NCBI GenBank assembly: GCA_034780895.1
Contig: JAUZTB010000027.1
Span: 37,969,369 to 38,033,368, forward strand
Reading direction: 5' to 3'
Origin: Rhynchobatus australiae
Taxonomy: Eukaryota
Length of the DNA stretch: 64,000 nucleotides
Both the position numbers and the translations under genes were made by a program. Shown here piece by piece: positions 23,391 through 36,864 of the stretch (positions are counted from its first letter, which is position 1; each line of letters opens with the position of its first letter). Below the pieces are notes generated by a model. The model made no database searches. It saw only the letters and a list, made by a program, of their open reading frames with translations, and had not been told where the DNA came from.

Positions 23391-26300
23391 TTTCCATTTT
23401 ACCGAAGATGATCATTTGGCCCATTGTACCAGAGCCTAAGATGCAGAGCCCAGATAAGGATACATTAATCCAACTGGGGCTTAATCATTAATTTAACGTG
23501 ATTCAGCATAACTTCCTTCTTTTAGTATGCCATGAACCAATTATAAAACTAAAGATTACACATACTTCTTTAGAAGGTTTTTCATGAAGTCTGGCAAACT
23601 TCAAATATATGTGGCTAGAAAATTCTAAGATTTGTCTGGAGTGTGGAGGAAAGAGAAAATATGGATGGTGTTCATTGCCTCTGCATTTTATTAAACTTTC
23701 TATTATCTAGTTATAGTGAAATACTGGTGGAGATATAAGGTATATACCTGGGCTTTTCTTTAAGGAGGAAATTAAACTGGTGANNNNNNNNNNNNNNNNN
23801 NNNNNNNNNNNNNNNNNNNNNNNNNNNNNNNNNNNNNNNNNNNNNNNNNNNNNNNNNNNNNNNNNNNNNNNNNNNNNNNNNNNNNNNNNNNCAACCTCTC
23901 CCAATCAACTTTTGAAAGTTCCTGACTGATGCCATCAAAATTAGCAATGTCTTTTCAGTTTTTCTTTTACAACTTGTACAATGTCATGAAGCAGCTGCTA
24001 TATTTACTTATAAGACTAACTGCACTTATTGCTTTGAAAAAGATACCATATAAAACCTTCCATGTTTTTACAGATCAGAGTTCGACATTATAAACACAGA
24101 AAACAATGCATTAAATACTAATACAGATTGGTGCTTTTCTTGTAATAGGGCATTCAGGTGTTTAAAGGTTTATTCAACTGTCCCTACATTCTAAACTCAG
24201 GTTAAATACAAACCTAAAAGTAATGTATGAGTGAAGCACTCGTCTCCTTAATTTATATATAATTGAGCACTAGTCGGTTGTCATCTGTCAGCATTATTGC
24301 AGTACATCTGCTAAGATGCATATTACACAATTTGCTGTATATTCAAAATGGAAAAAAGTTATCTAAATCAGTTTCTTTCATGAGGTGACAGATAACCAAG
24401 CAACCAGTAAAAATCAATTTGGGTATATTCAAATTACAGACAATCATAACCAGAGTAGATTGATAGCATGAGAAACGTGCCCTGTTAAAAAAAATGGGTT
24501 AGTGAAGTGTCTGAATATGATGCTTGCACCAAATGGGTGGGCAAACAACCCACTCCCACCACCAATACCAGCATTCATTCAGTTGCTAGGGGAAACTCAG
24601 CTGTGCGAGATCAGTTATTCATTACTTAAATAGTTGTTCTACCTTATGTCAGTAGATGCCCTCATGAAATCTTAAGATTCATGCCCAGAAAGATCACTTA
24701 ACCACAACCCTTTTAAGTGACCTACTGAATGGAAACACAGGTCAACCATAGCAGAGTTTTGAAGGATGATTGATTTATTGCACATAACGAAACAGACTTG
24801 CTAGGTTAATATCCTGTAATGATTAGTATTGAGTATTAAGTATTCTTAATATCTGTGTACTTAGAATATTTTTTTCAAGTTCACAAATATTCAAATATGG
24901 AACGCAATGCAAGCATGTTATAGCCAAGGTTTGGTATCTTTTACCATTTTATCTCCTCATGCATTTTCAAGGTTATCTTGTTCACATAGATCACGTGCCC
25001 ATTGTCTGATGAGCCCATCGTCACTAAACAGCTCCAACTTTCCTTCCGAGCCCTACATTAACTGATATTATTAGCTATTCCCTTTCTTGACCCCCTTCAA
25101 TGCCATTTGTCTCACTACCTGTTTGACAACAAGTACTGGAAGAGCAGAAATTTCCTTCAATGAAATGTTTGGAAACCAGAAGCCTTGATCTCGGTTCCTG
25201 GCACAAACTCATGTTCTAGTCAGTGATTCTTTCCTTCTTTCCAGCAAATGTTTGACACTGTACCAAATCAATTTGCAATCTTGCTGTCTGCTTGACTCAA
25301 GGCTAAGGTCCCCTGGCTCCCGACCCTCTCCATTATCAAGATATTACAGAATCCTAATATTGTCCTCCTCAGTTCTTGGCTATGACATAAGTTATAGTAT
25401 TTCCTTTCTAAACTTTCACAACTGTCAAGGTTCCTATTCTCTTTTAACTTGCTCTTTCAAACTTATTTCTCTTAGTGGTTGCATGTCTTTATGTGGTTCA
25501 TATAAAATTATGCCTGACAATGAGGCCCAGAGCTAGATTTTTACTGAGCTATATTAGAAGAACCAGGCATGTGCAATAATTTGTTGTATTCAGAGGCCAT
25601 CAGATAAGTGCTTGTACAAACACATAAATATTTTAAAATTATACAGAGAAAGAACCAGTAATGAAATCATCATATAAATAACTCTAAAATGTATTTACCA
25701 TCAGCAAAAGCAAAGCAGGCTGACTGGAATCATTTGAACTTGAATTTTATATTTTACCCCCACCCCCATTCTGCTTTTTGAAATCTTCCATTTTCTTCTT
25801 AATCTTTTTAACCAGGTGAGTTCACCCTTGAAGCTCAGCAATTTTTACAATATACTCTTATTGCTAGTTAGCAGGTAAAATTTAGTGCAGACAATAATAA
25901 ATGAACATGGGAAGGAGAATAAGTAAGCCATATATGTACTGAGTGCTGAAATAGCCCAAGCATGAAGCTCAGAAAAACTCGTGAGCTTTTGTAGACTCAA
26001 TGCACAAAACATTTAATCATTGTGGAGAGGCAACCAATGAAAAAGTCAATGAAGCGTTGAATTATACAGTTAAAATAATACAACCTAGGTCAGCAGAAAT
26101 TGTAATCGAACTTGAGAATGTTCCGGTCAGATTGAACTGTGAATACTGTGTCCCATTCTGCTTGCTGAGGTACAAATGAGGTAACGAAGTACTGCAGGGA
26201 AAAGGCACAAGGTTGATCCATATTTGACAACTGAAAAGGTAGAAGAAACTTGCAGATTTCCAGTTTGGAAAGAATGTGTCTGAAGGGATCTTATTGCCAT

Positions 26301-27309
26301 ACACAATAAAATTAAAAGAATGGTAAAAGTAAATAGAATTATATTTTAAGTTAATTTGTGACAGCAACTTGGANNNNNNNNNNNNNNNNNNNNNNNNNNN
26401 NNNNNNNNNNNNNNNNNAAACATGGATGTGAAGCACCTGGAATCCTGCTGAGTACTGAAATTAAAAATTTTTATGGGTGGATGAATTAAAATTATTCAAA
26501 TTACTTCCTCCTCTGTAAATGATACTTGTTTGCTAGAATACAATTCCAGTCACCAGATGGAGCCATGCAAAAGCTACAGTGTAATGTTTAGTGGTTCTTT
26601 GGATACTGTAGTGACTGGAATAGGGTACAATGATAACAGAATTTCAGCAAAAACTTTAACTTCAATAAAAATTGCCAAATTCTTCAACAGAAAACCAAAA
26701 ATATTACGCTGAATTGTTGATTCAGGGGGAAAAGACAGCAAGTGCACTTTAGGAAACCAACCTGTTTAAACAACATTCTGAGCCACGTTGTATCTTTATT
26801 TCTTGTCCAAGAAAGGGCAGGAGTAAGCTGTTCAGCCCTTGAGCCTGTTTTACCAGTCAGTTAGATTATGGATGATCTATTTCTTAATTCTATTTACTCA
26901 CCATGGTTACATAACCCTGAATGATCTTGTCTAAAAAATTTAAACTATGCCTTTATTGATAATTTTTCTGTTTTTATTTCAGGAGCCACAGTACTTTACT
27001 TTTGTTTAATAATAAGTTTGATAAGTTTAGATTAACAATGAAGCAGCCACAGGTTGCTCCAGAGGAGGCCTCTGCAGGTCTCTGGTAGATAGCAACACTA
27101 CTCGACTAAAAGGACTCTATACTAGTTTTTGAGGAAAGTTGAAGTGGTGGTTTTGCTTTGGAAGGTTAGACTTGTATCAAGGCTTTATGTGCTATATGAT
27201 ATTTCATATTTAACCATCTAGTGCAGGCAGATACTTAGTCATTCAGATGTGAACCAACTTCAAGTGGGATTCAAATGTAGCCACACCTATTACTGTTTCA
27301 AGTTACCAG

Positions 27310-27553
27310 CTCCACCAACAACCTCTGATCTAATTCTGGCCTCTCGATCATCCCTGAATTTAATAACTCCAACCATCAACTGCGATGGCCGTAAAGTCAG
27401 GAACTTTCTCTTTGCCTATTTCTTTCTTTTTTATGAAACACTCATCAAACCCTACCACTTTCACATTTTTGTCATTAGCCCCAGTATCTCTTTGTGTGGC
27501 TCACCATCAAAGTTGTTTGATAACACACCTCTGAGGTGTCTTATGATGTTTTA
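27310..27553 (+). mobile_element. L2 LINE 3' fragment
   Basis: ttctggcctctcgatcatccctgaatttaataactccaaccat...tgtggctcaccatcaaagttgtttgataacacacctctgaggtgtctt resembles a shark L2 3' end. Confidence 0.55.
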
Positions 27554-27557
27554 AGAC

Positions 27558-30500
27558 CATACAAAATAATAAGAATGAAGTCATTCAGCTGCTCAAATGT
27601 TCAGTTATTCGATAACATCACAGCTGATCCTAATTTCAAGTCTACTTTCCGGTCCTCTGCCCCAAACCTCGATTCCCTGACTGATTCTCTCAGTTTTACA
27701 CATATTCATAGATTTAGTTTCCACAAATTTCTGGGGCAACGAATTTCAAAACAAAATGTAAGCCTTTGAGATAAGAAATTAATTCTTCATCTCAATCCTA
27801 AATGGGCACTCCCTCAATCTGAGACCATGCTCTCTGGTCATAGACTCTCCCACCAGGGGAAGCATCCTCCCAGCATTTACTCTCTCAAGGCCACTTCAAT
27901 AAGTTTGACTCATTCTTCTAACCTCAACTAAATGCACTGCCAATCTGTTCAACCCTTCTTTATAACTTCTCTGAACTGCCTTCTATGATAATATGTCTTT
28001 CTTTAAATAAGCAAACCAAAACTCTTCACAAAGCTCTGGATGTAGCCTCACTGGTGCCTTGTACAGTTTTTATCCTCTAAATTCCTTGAAATAAAAGCCA
28101 AAAATCCATTACCTTCTGTACCTGCATCCTACTTTTACATGTTTCATGTATGAAGATCCACAAATTCCTTTTGTGGTGCAACTTTCTGCGAACATTCACC
28201 ATTTAAATAACCTGTTTTACCACATTTCCTTCAAGTGACAACTTCACACATAATACCCCATTTTATAACCATTGACCAGTCACACAATTTCTCTCCGTAT
28301 TCTCTTTGTATACTTCTCGCAACTTGCGTTCCCATCTATTACAGAATCATAGAAATATACAGCATGGACATAGGCCCTCTCTACTCACCTCATCCAAGCC
28401 AACTGTGATTCCAATCCATACTAATCCTATTTGCCTATATTAGGCCAGTATCCCTCTACACCCTTCCAGTCCAAGTACCCATCCAAATGCCTTTTAAATG
28501 TTGTAATTGTATCAGACTCCACCACCTTCTCTACCAGCTTATTCCAGATATTCACCAGCCTCTGTAAATTTGGAGAGGGCTGAATTATAGGTATAATTTG
28601 TTCTGTCAACAGGTCAAAATAATACCTCTTAAAAAAGGCTTTGGAATTTATTAATTAATTTTATAGACCGGAAAAATTTGTTCTCGTAATCATTTGCGGT
28701 TTGCAAATCCAGATTGATACTATCCATTTATTAAGAATCAGTGCACAAGCAATTAGACAGTGAGGCATGTTTCTATATACAACAAAACTCATGACGATAT
28801 ATAAGTATTACCACTGGAAGAGGTGCAGGCTATTCAACCTCCCAAGTTTGTTTTGCCTTTCAATGATTTTGCTTCATTTTCAAATTTCACTACAGTACAT
28901 TTGCTTCCTTCTTATCCATGCTAAAACACCATGAGCTTTTATCTTGTGAAGTAACCCTGTTTGGAATGTTGCCTAACCCCTTTTGAAAATCCAAATATAT
29001 TACCTCTGCTGAGTCCCCTCTATCCACACTAGCTGATAGTTCCTCAAAGAGCTTCAATAAATTCATCAGACAAGATTTCCCCTTCATGAAACCTTGCTGA
29101 CTCTGCTTACTTTAATTGTGACTTTCCAAATGCTCCACAATTACCATCATAATAAATGATTCTCACATTTTTCTGGTCATAGACATTAAGCTAATAATTA
29201 CCCACTTTTTTTGTCTCCCACTCTTTTTGAACAAGGGTATCACACTGGAAGTTTTCCAATCCTCTGGTACTTCTCCAGAACTTTAGAAGATTACAACCAT
29301 TGTATCCACTACCTGTACAGCCACTTCTTTTAGGATCCTAGGATGCAAATCATCAGGTCCTGGAGCCGTATTGGATTTTAACCCCATTAGTTTTCCCATA
29401 CTAATTCCCTAGTGATGGTGATGGTATTTAATTGCTCCCCATTATTTTTAAAGCATTAATGGAATCTTTGTCATATCATTTACTGTAAACACTCATGCAA
29501 AATGTGCTTAACATCTCTGCTATTTCCTTGTTCTCCAGACTCATTCTCTCTGGGCCCTAAGTTCACTTTGACCTTTCCCTTCCTTTTTACATATTCAAAG
29601 AAGCTCTTATTATCAGTTTTACAACCATTTATGCTGCTCCACTTGTGCTGTTAGTTCATTGACTTTGTTTCTCACTAGTTTGCTTTCATCGTTCCTTTTT
29701 TGTTTAGTATCTGCTGGATTCTGAATTTCTCTCAAATTTTGAGCCAACTACCAACTTTTGCATTTTCTCTTTCAACCTCTTTAATTTCCTTGATTAGCCA
29801 TAGTTGGTTATTCTCTACTTCCTCGAGAATTTTTCCTCCTTATTTGGATATATTTTTGTTGGGAATCATGAACTATCTTCTTAAATGTCTTCCATTTCTT
29901 GTTTATTACCCCAGCTCACTTTGGCCAACTCTCTCCTCATTCCTTTGTATTCCCCTTTAAGTATAACCCAGGTTTTTCACTCTTAAGCTGAATGCTAAAT
30001 TCTATTGTGCTGAAATCACTACTTCCTAGGGGATCTTTTACTTTGAGGTCATTTATTAAACCTGTCACATTACCCATTACCAGATGCAAAAAAAAAATCC
30101 CATTTCCTAAGTGGCTTCATAGTGCCCTAGAAAATCATCCCCAGTGCTTAATTCATTCTCGTGGCTATCATTTCCAATTTGATTATCCCAATCTACATAA
30201 ATTCACCCACGATTAATGCACTTTCATTTTGCATGCCACCATTATTTCTTGACTTATATATTTTTCCTAGCTACTCTTTTATCCCCACCCATACTGTGAG
30301 GTCAGAATCATCCTTCTCAACTGTACTAAATTCATCTCTTATTAACAGAACAACCTTATCACCTTTTCCTTCTAGCATGTCCTTCTTAAAAATCAAATAT
30401 TGAGTTCCCATCTCCTTGTAATGATGTTTCTGTAATGGCTGTCAGATTATAACCATTTATACTGCTCCACTTGTGCTGTTAGTTCATTGACTTTGTTTCC

Positions 30501-31440
30501 AATTCTGTATGCATTTAGATATAGAGTTATTCATTTTGTCTTTTTATCAGCATTCATTCCTTTAACACCATCTCTGAGTCTATTGTGGTTCTTTTTGCTT
30601 CTTGCCCTTTCTTTCCTACTCTCACTTCTTATTTTTCTGTTTTTTTATTTCTATCTTTGTTTCGCCCTCCTCCAACTCCCTGCCAAACTAAATTTAAACC
30701 ATCCCCAACACCACAAGCAAACAACCCCACAAGTTTATCAGTCCTCATCCTGACTGAGTGTAACCAGAAATCTAAATCCCACTCTCTAGACACACATTCA
30801 TCTTATACATCTGTTCTCCCATTTCTGCTCTTGCCAATGCATGGCACTAGAGGTAACCCTGAATTACTATCTTTGAGGCCCAGCTTTTCAATTTATAGCT
30901 TAACTGCCTATTCAGCCTGAAGGACATCATCTGTTTTTATTTTAGGCATGTCATTGGTACCAATATGTGTCATGACCTTCCTGTCCTGCAAGCACTCAGC
31001 GTCATCTTTGACCCTAGCACCAAGGAAGCAAAGTATCATCCCAGAATGTAGCTGCAGAAACACCTAACTGTACCACTTACAGCTGAATCCCCTATTGCTA
31101 TAGTTATCCCTCTTTTTCCTCCCTTCCTGTGCAGCTGAGCCACTTGGGGTGCTACAGACTTGGCTCTTACCACATTCGCTTGAGAAGCCATTGCCCCAAA
31201 GAGTATCCACAACAGTACATCTGTTTGGGAGAGGTATGGCCCCAAAGGAATCCTGTATTATGTGCCACCTTCTACTCTGCCTGGAGTCACCAATTCCTTT
31301 CTGCCGGTGCCGGCTTAACCTGGGGCCTGACCTCCTCCCTAAATATATTATCCTGAGAGACCTCAGCCTCGTGGAAGCTCCAAAGCTCCAACACTGAAAC
31401 ATGGACTTCCACTTGTAGTAGCTAGACAGTCCTTCAGCAC
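27558..31440 (-). mobile_element. Old near-full-length CR1 LINE (ORF1 esterase remnant, APE, RT, tail) with nested insertions
   Basis: ORF 28890..29087 KGKSCLMNLLKLFEE...IYLDFQKG (RT). NKVNELTAQ...AITET near 30430-30500 (APE start). ORF 31036..31245 IAIGDSAVSGT (SGNH-esterase-like ORF1). CR1 tail near 27560. Confidence 0.8.
28342..28566 (-). mobile_element. CR1 (HER1-like) 3' end nested in the older CR1
   Basis: ORF 28427..28609 QRLVNIWNKLVEKVVESDTITTFKRHLDGYLD plus the tail agaatcatagaaatatacagc. Confidence 0.85.
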
Positions 31441-32819
31441 ATGTTTTGCTACATTAAAGATGGTATAGAAATAGAAATTACAGAATATATGCAGTAAGTA
31501 AACACAATGCTGTTTTTGAATCATGAAGTAAACAAACAATTTGAAGTTATTCATCCATGATCCAGTGAAAAATAAACATTTATAAAATCAATCCTTTATT
31601 CCAACTCGATTTCTGGATGCTTTGGACACAATTTCCCACCTATTAAAAAGCCCCTGTCAGGGAGCTGGAGTAATGAAGTAAAAACAAAAATACAGATTTG
31701 GTAGTTCAAAAATTAGCCATCTTAAAGCCTTGGTTGAAATAATTTTTAAGATTTGGTAATGCACATCTGCATTAGGTAATTTATAGCAATGCATACACAA
31801 ACTTTGGATTTGACACATTTCTCATTTAACAACATCCAATTCATGAATGTGGTTCTATTTCTTAATTTTAAACTAACATTTGCAGTGATTTTTTTTTATT
31901 AGCTAAGGCTGAATTGGGACAAAGTTATAATTCAAGCTGTTGGATTTTATCCCCTGTAATATTCAAAATCTGTTAATGTCCTGATTTTCTTTAGCATAGT
32001 TTACATTGATTTCTAATGAAAAATGAGCACTCACACCTGCCAGTTACTGTGAATAAAATGTCCTTGACTACAGCTAGCAGTATCGAACCAGCCGTTTTAA
32101 TGGAAACTCTTGAGCTGAGACCAGGTTGCACCTTAAAGGGTATTTCTGTTATTAAATCTCCATGCTGGTAGACATATGCTTTTGCCACTGGGGCACAGCA
32201 AGTTAATTTTCCTTCATCCACAGATGTGTTATTTCTTTAGCTGGCTGAAATAAATTGTTTGGAAATGGGAAAAATCACTATTTTAGCCTTTCTGCACTAC
32301 ACTCCCCTCTCTCATTCAACCGCTAATAACAATGATGCGGAGCCTAAAGTACCTTCTGCTTGTGTGATCTTTGGACTACATATCTATAAATATATCACAC
32401 TCAGATGCCAACTGAGATTAAAAAAAACAAGCCTAATTTTTTCTCTTTATTAAGCAAGATCTGCAGGACTAGTACGAATTAGTACACCACTTAACTTTGA
32501 GAGCATATCAGATTCTTATTGATTTATTCCTTCATTTAAAGATGATCACTACCATTGTTTACTGATAGATCTTAAGGTGATCTAGTAACCCAATACTAGA
32601 GCTGCAGATCCATCCAAAGGAACTGTAGATGTTTTCATATGGAAGCTAGTTGGAGTTTATTTCACTTTCTTATCGGCATTCTTTCTTTTTGGCTTCAAGG
32701 GCACAACATTTCTCTCTAAGACAATCTCCACTTGGAAGCACAATATTGCTTAGTTACCCAAGTTTCACAATCATAAATATTTATGGATGTTATATCTGTA
32801 CACCTAACAACTAACATAG

Positions 32820-33020
32820 GAGACCATGAATGGCATGAAGGAATAGGGGCTACAGCAGATTTTCTCTATTCCCTTCTTCCCCAAACCCAGAAGTACTACA
32901 TCTATCACCATCTAGCATGAGATTAGCTTAGTACGTATTGGAGATTGATCCTGGTACTTTCCAGGCCAAAGTACTTTGGTATACCACATGATACACATGG
33001 CCATTGAACCACTGGAGCAT
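32820..33020 (-). mobile_element. Ancient tRNA-derived SINE-like fragment (family uncertain)
   Basis: The minus strand begins gctccagtggttcaatgg...ggaaagtaccaggatcaatctcc...taagctaatctc, a degenerate A/B-box-like head. Confidence 0.35.
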
Positions 33021-33072
33021 AATCAGAATTTGATTTTATAAAGTAGACAAGGTAACATCAAATAAAAACTCA

Positions 33073-33423
<351 letters not shown>

Positions 33424-33812
33424 CTAGTTTCCATTAAACCAACAAGATTGGAGAAAAAAAACATTGTTACCGTTAATAATGGCCACTTTATTCAGAGCAG
33501 CAAGCAGAAGTTGGCTCTCCGTTAAAAGAAGAAATCGTCCATCGATGTAAATAATGCAAAATAAAATCAGAATTTTTACAGATTTATTTAAAAAGGGAAA
33601 TAAATCAACATGACCACTATTTTTCAACACAAGCTCAGCATTAGTCCTCTGAATTTTGCAGTTCCATCCACTTCTGTTACTATGCCAGAACTACTTTAGA
33701 TGTCATACTGGCTGAGGAAAATTGTCCAGGAAATTCACCTGAAGAAAGGTGATAGACTAGTTACATTTGCATATTGGGGTCTTAAGACAACCCAACATTT
33801 GAAAATCACACA

Positions 33813-33960
33813 ACTGCAGTGGCTGGAAATTTGAAATTAAAACAAAATGATGGAAACACTCAGCAGGTCAGGCAGCACTCTTGGAAAGAAAAACCATTAA
33901 TGTTTCAGGTTGAAAATCCTTCATCAGAACAGAGGAGAGAAAAACAAGTTAGCTTTAACA
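33813..33960. mobile_element. Penelope-like terminal fragment carrying a minimal hammerhead-ribozyme core on the minus strand
   Basis: actgcagtggctggaaatttgaa...ctcagcaggtcaggcagc...tgtttcaggttgaaaatccttcatcagaac; the reverse complement contains CTGATGA-agg...cct-GAAA. Confidence 0.7.
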
Positions 33961-34194
33961 TGCAGAGAGAGTAAGGAGCAATTTCATGAAACACTAAAAG
34001 TTATCATTTTCCTTTCATTCACTCAGTTCTACCCTAGACTAAATAATGGTATTTTGCACATCATCCATTATAAACAGGTCACAATCATATGAGAATTTTT
34101 AACTGAATATGGCAGGTACACAAAGTACTCCTCTAAAAAGGAGTACTTGAAACATGAATGACAGTGCATAAAAAACCTGGGCTATTTCAAATGT

Positions 34195-34606
34195 CAGCTG
34201 TCACTCAGTTAATAGCATTCTTGTGTCTTTAGTCAGGAGAATAATTCCAATCTTATTCCAGTGATTTGGGCACAAAATTCTGGACTGATGCTCCAGTGCA
34301 GTACTGAGGAAGCACTACACTATTGGATACGAGAAATTAAATCAAGATTCATTCTCCTGGGTGCACAATAAAAACCCGCTGAGTTACTCCAGCACTTTTT
34401 TTTGTGTATTGTGTATAAATCCCGTAGCATTAGTTTAAAGAGGGTAATATTTTGGCGAAAGGCCAATATTTATCTCTCAATCAAAATCATTAAAAAAATC
34501 GAGTGACCATCATTACATTAGGGCTTACAATGCACAAATTGACTGCCATATTTCCTACATTACAACAGTGAACATAGTTCCAAACATATTTCATTGACTG
34601 TAAAGT
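34195..34606 (+). mobile_element. Deu-domain SINE (SacSINE1/AmnSINE1-related), near full length
   Basis: ctgatgctccagtgcagtactgaggaagcactacac...ggccaatatttatctctcaa...cacaaattgactgccatatttcctacattacaacagtg...ttcattgactgtaaag match recalled DeuSINE consensus blocks. Confidence 0.75.
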
Positions 34607-36864
34607 AGAAGTCTTTTTCTCAAGGCTTCATTATCAGCTCTTTCTCCTCATTCCATCTAGAAACAAAGTTGTAAAAGTGTATGTTGTAAAAACACCCGAC
34701 TGTGTCACTCAGGCTTTTGTCACTGAAAAAGAAAAAATGCATCCAACTTCTGGTCTTGGTTGAATCATGAAATTCTGTAATCTTGCTTGATAATAACTCC
34801 TTAATTCAGCTAATGACATAACTGTATATATTTTATTTTATAAACTATGTTGACAATGATTCTTAAAGATTTCATGCAAATATGTTAATAACTGTGGGCA
34901 TGAGTGAGAAAACAAAACAGTATGATTATTTAGAAGTTTGGAAGTTCTCCAGTGATCTATTTGTATAACAAATAAGATATGGATACTCTGCCTANNNNNN
35001 NNNNNNNNNNNNNNNNNNNNNNNNNNNNNNNNNNNNNNNNNNNNNNNNNNNNNNNNNNNNNNNNNNNNNNNNNNNNNNNNNNNNNNNNNNNNNNCAGGAG
35101 CCAAAGTATACCCAAAGGTTGACCAATACTCTGGCAACTAGTGCTAGAGAACCTCAGGTACTTATGCCAGGACCTGATGGGGCTTAAGTGTGTGTCATTA
35201 TGCAGTCAAGCATGGAATCCATGTGCTGTACTACAAGGCATCATCAAAGGAGCCAAATTGAGGGCCAGCACTCAGAACCATGACAATTTGATTCACATCC
35301 AGATTCAACAGCGGGAAGATGATAACCCAGTAAATATCACACATGCTCATCAGCCATCTATTAAATGCTAAGCTGAAAATACTCCTATCACTTCATAAGA
35401 TTAAAGAACACAACAATCCTGCCAAAATAGAACTTTATTGAGTCTGACAGTAGTGATATCAGAGGCATGTATTTCACCTTCTTCAACATTAATTTCATTC
35501 TGGCATGAGCAACCTGTATAGCTTTGGCATCCAGTAACAGTGGTGTCATCAAGTAAATTGAGCAGCCAATCACAATGATGAAATCTCCCATACAGCAAAT
35601 CAAGGAGTGAAAAAGTTCTTTATTTTACCTAACTTTCACAAAGTTCATGAGAGTAAAAAGATCAGTACATGTACATTAGTTTATATCAGAAGCCAAAATC
35701 TCATAAACAAAAATATTTTTAAATACCAAGGTGTAACTAAGTAACAACATACAAAATTATCCCAACAATCTTTTTTAGTCCTGAAAACCTTTCTTAAAAA
35801 GTTTAGCTATGGAGTCTAATTCCCTCAGAATGATTAATTTCAAGTTCATTTTATGTGAGGACTTCATGGAACTGCAGGATATCACTCACAGCAATCTCTG
35901 GATTTACACATTTAACAACAGTCTTCACAATTTGCAGTCAGTGATATAGTGATGCACTCTAAAAATATCAAGTTTGACCACATAGTCTTTTGACTCAGAA
36001 GACAATCTGTTTCCAACTCAGCTAAATAGGAATTCAAGCTTGAATATCTAAGAGCAATAATTAATTGCAACAGCAAGTCTATTGGGTATATTAGGACTCA
36101 ATTAGTTATACAGTTCTAGTCTGGGTGTTCATATCTGAAGAACCACATGTATGCATGACCTGTTCATTTAATTGAAGATAAACATTGTCACAAATAAAAG
36201 GGGCTAAGCAGACAGCCGCTCCCATGTACTTATAAAAGGCAGCAAGGGCACACGAGTTATGAGCTAATGAGTGGACTAATAATTGTCAGCCTCCTATAAT
36301 AGATCNNNNNNNNNNNNNNNNNNNNNNNNNNNNNNNNNNNNNNNNNNNNNNNNNNNNNNNNNNNNNNNNNNNNNNNNNNNNNNNNNNNNNNNNNNNNNNN
36401 NNNNNCATCCTATAATAGATCCGAAATACTTTAAAGTACTTGTTAGCTAGAATAAACTGAACATATTAATGTAGACACAGTGTACAAAGAGTCTAGTCAC
36501 AAGATGATGAAAGGTGTCTGATTACACAGTCCAATACAAACACTCTTCACAGTCAGCTAAATATATCTCCTGACCAAATTAGTACTTATTAGCTGCAGCA
36601 ATGGAGCTCTGTTGCAGTGTGACATTAATAAAACCTTCCCATGCCCTTATACTCCACTCGATACCACTACATGTCAACAAATTCACTGACGACAGAGAGA
36701 GCTAAGGAAGCATTGCATTCCAGTCCAGGTCCACATTCTTCCATCAACAATATAGCACTGTAAGAAGCTGGCTGAGGCTCCCTTATTACTATAGAAATAT
36801 AAAAATTCAAATTCACAAAAGGCAGTCCACTTTAAATCATGTTCTCAGGCTCACCTACAGCAGG

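Noticed and set aside
34123-34148. 10-bp-stem hairpin aagtactcct-ctaaaa-aggagtactt
   Set aside because: Too short to be surprising in 64 kb of AT-rich DNA, and it has no functional context.
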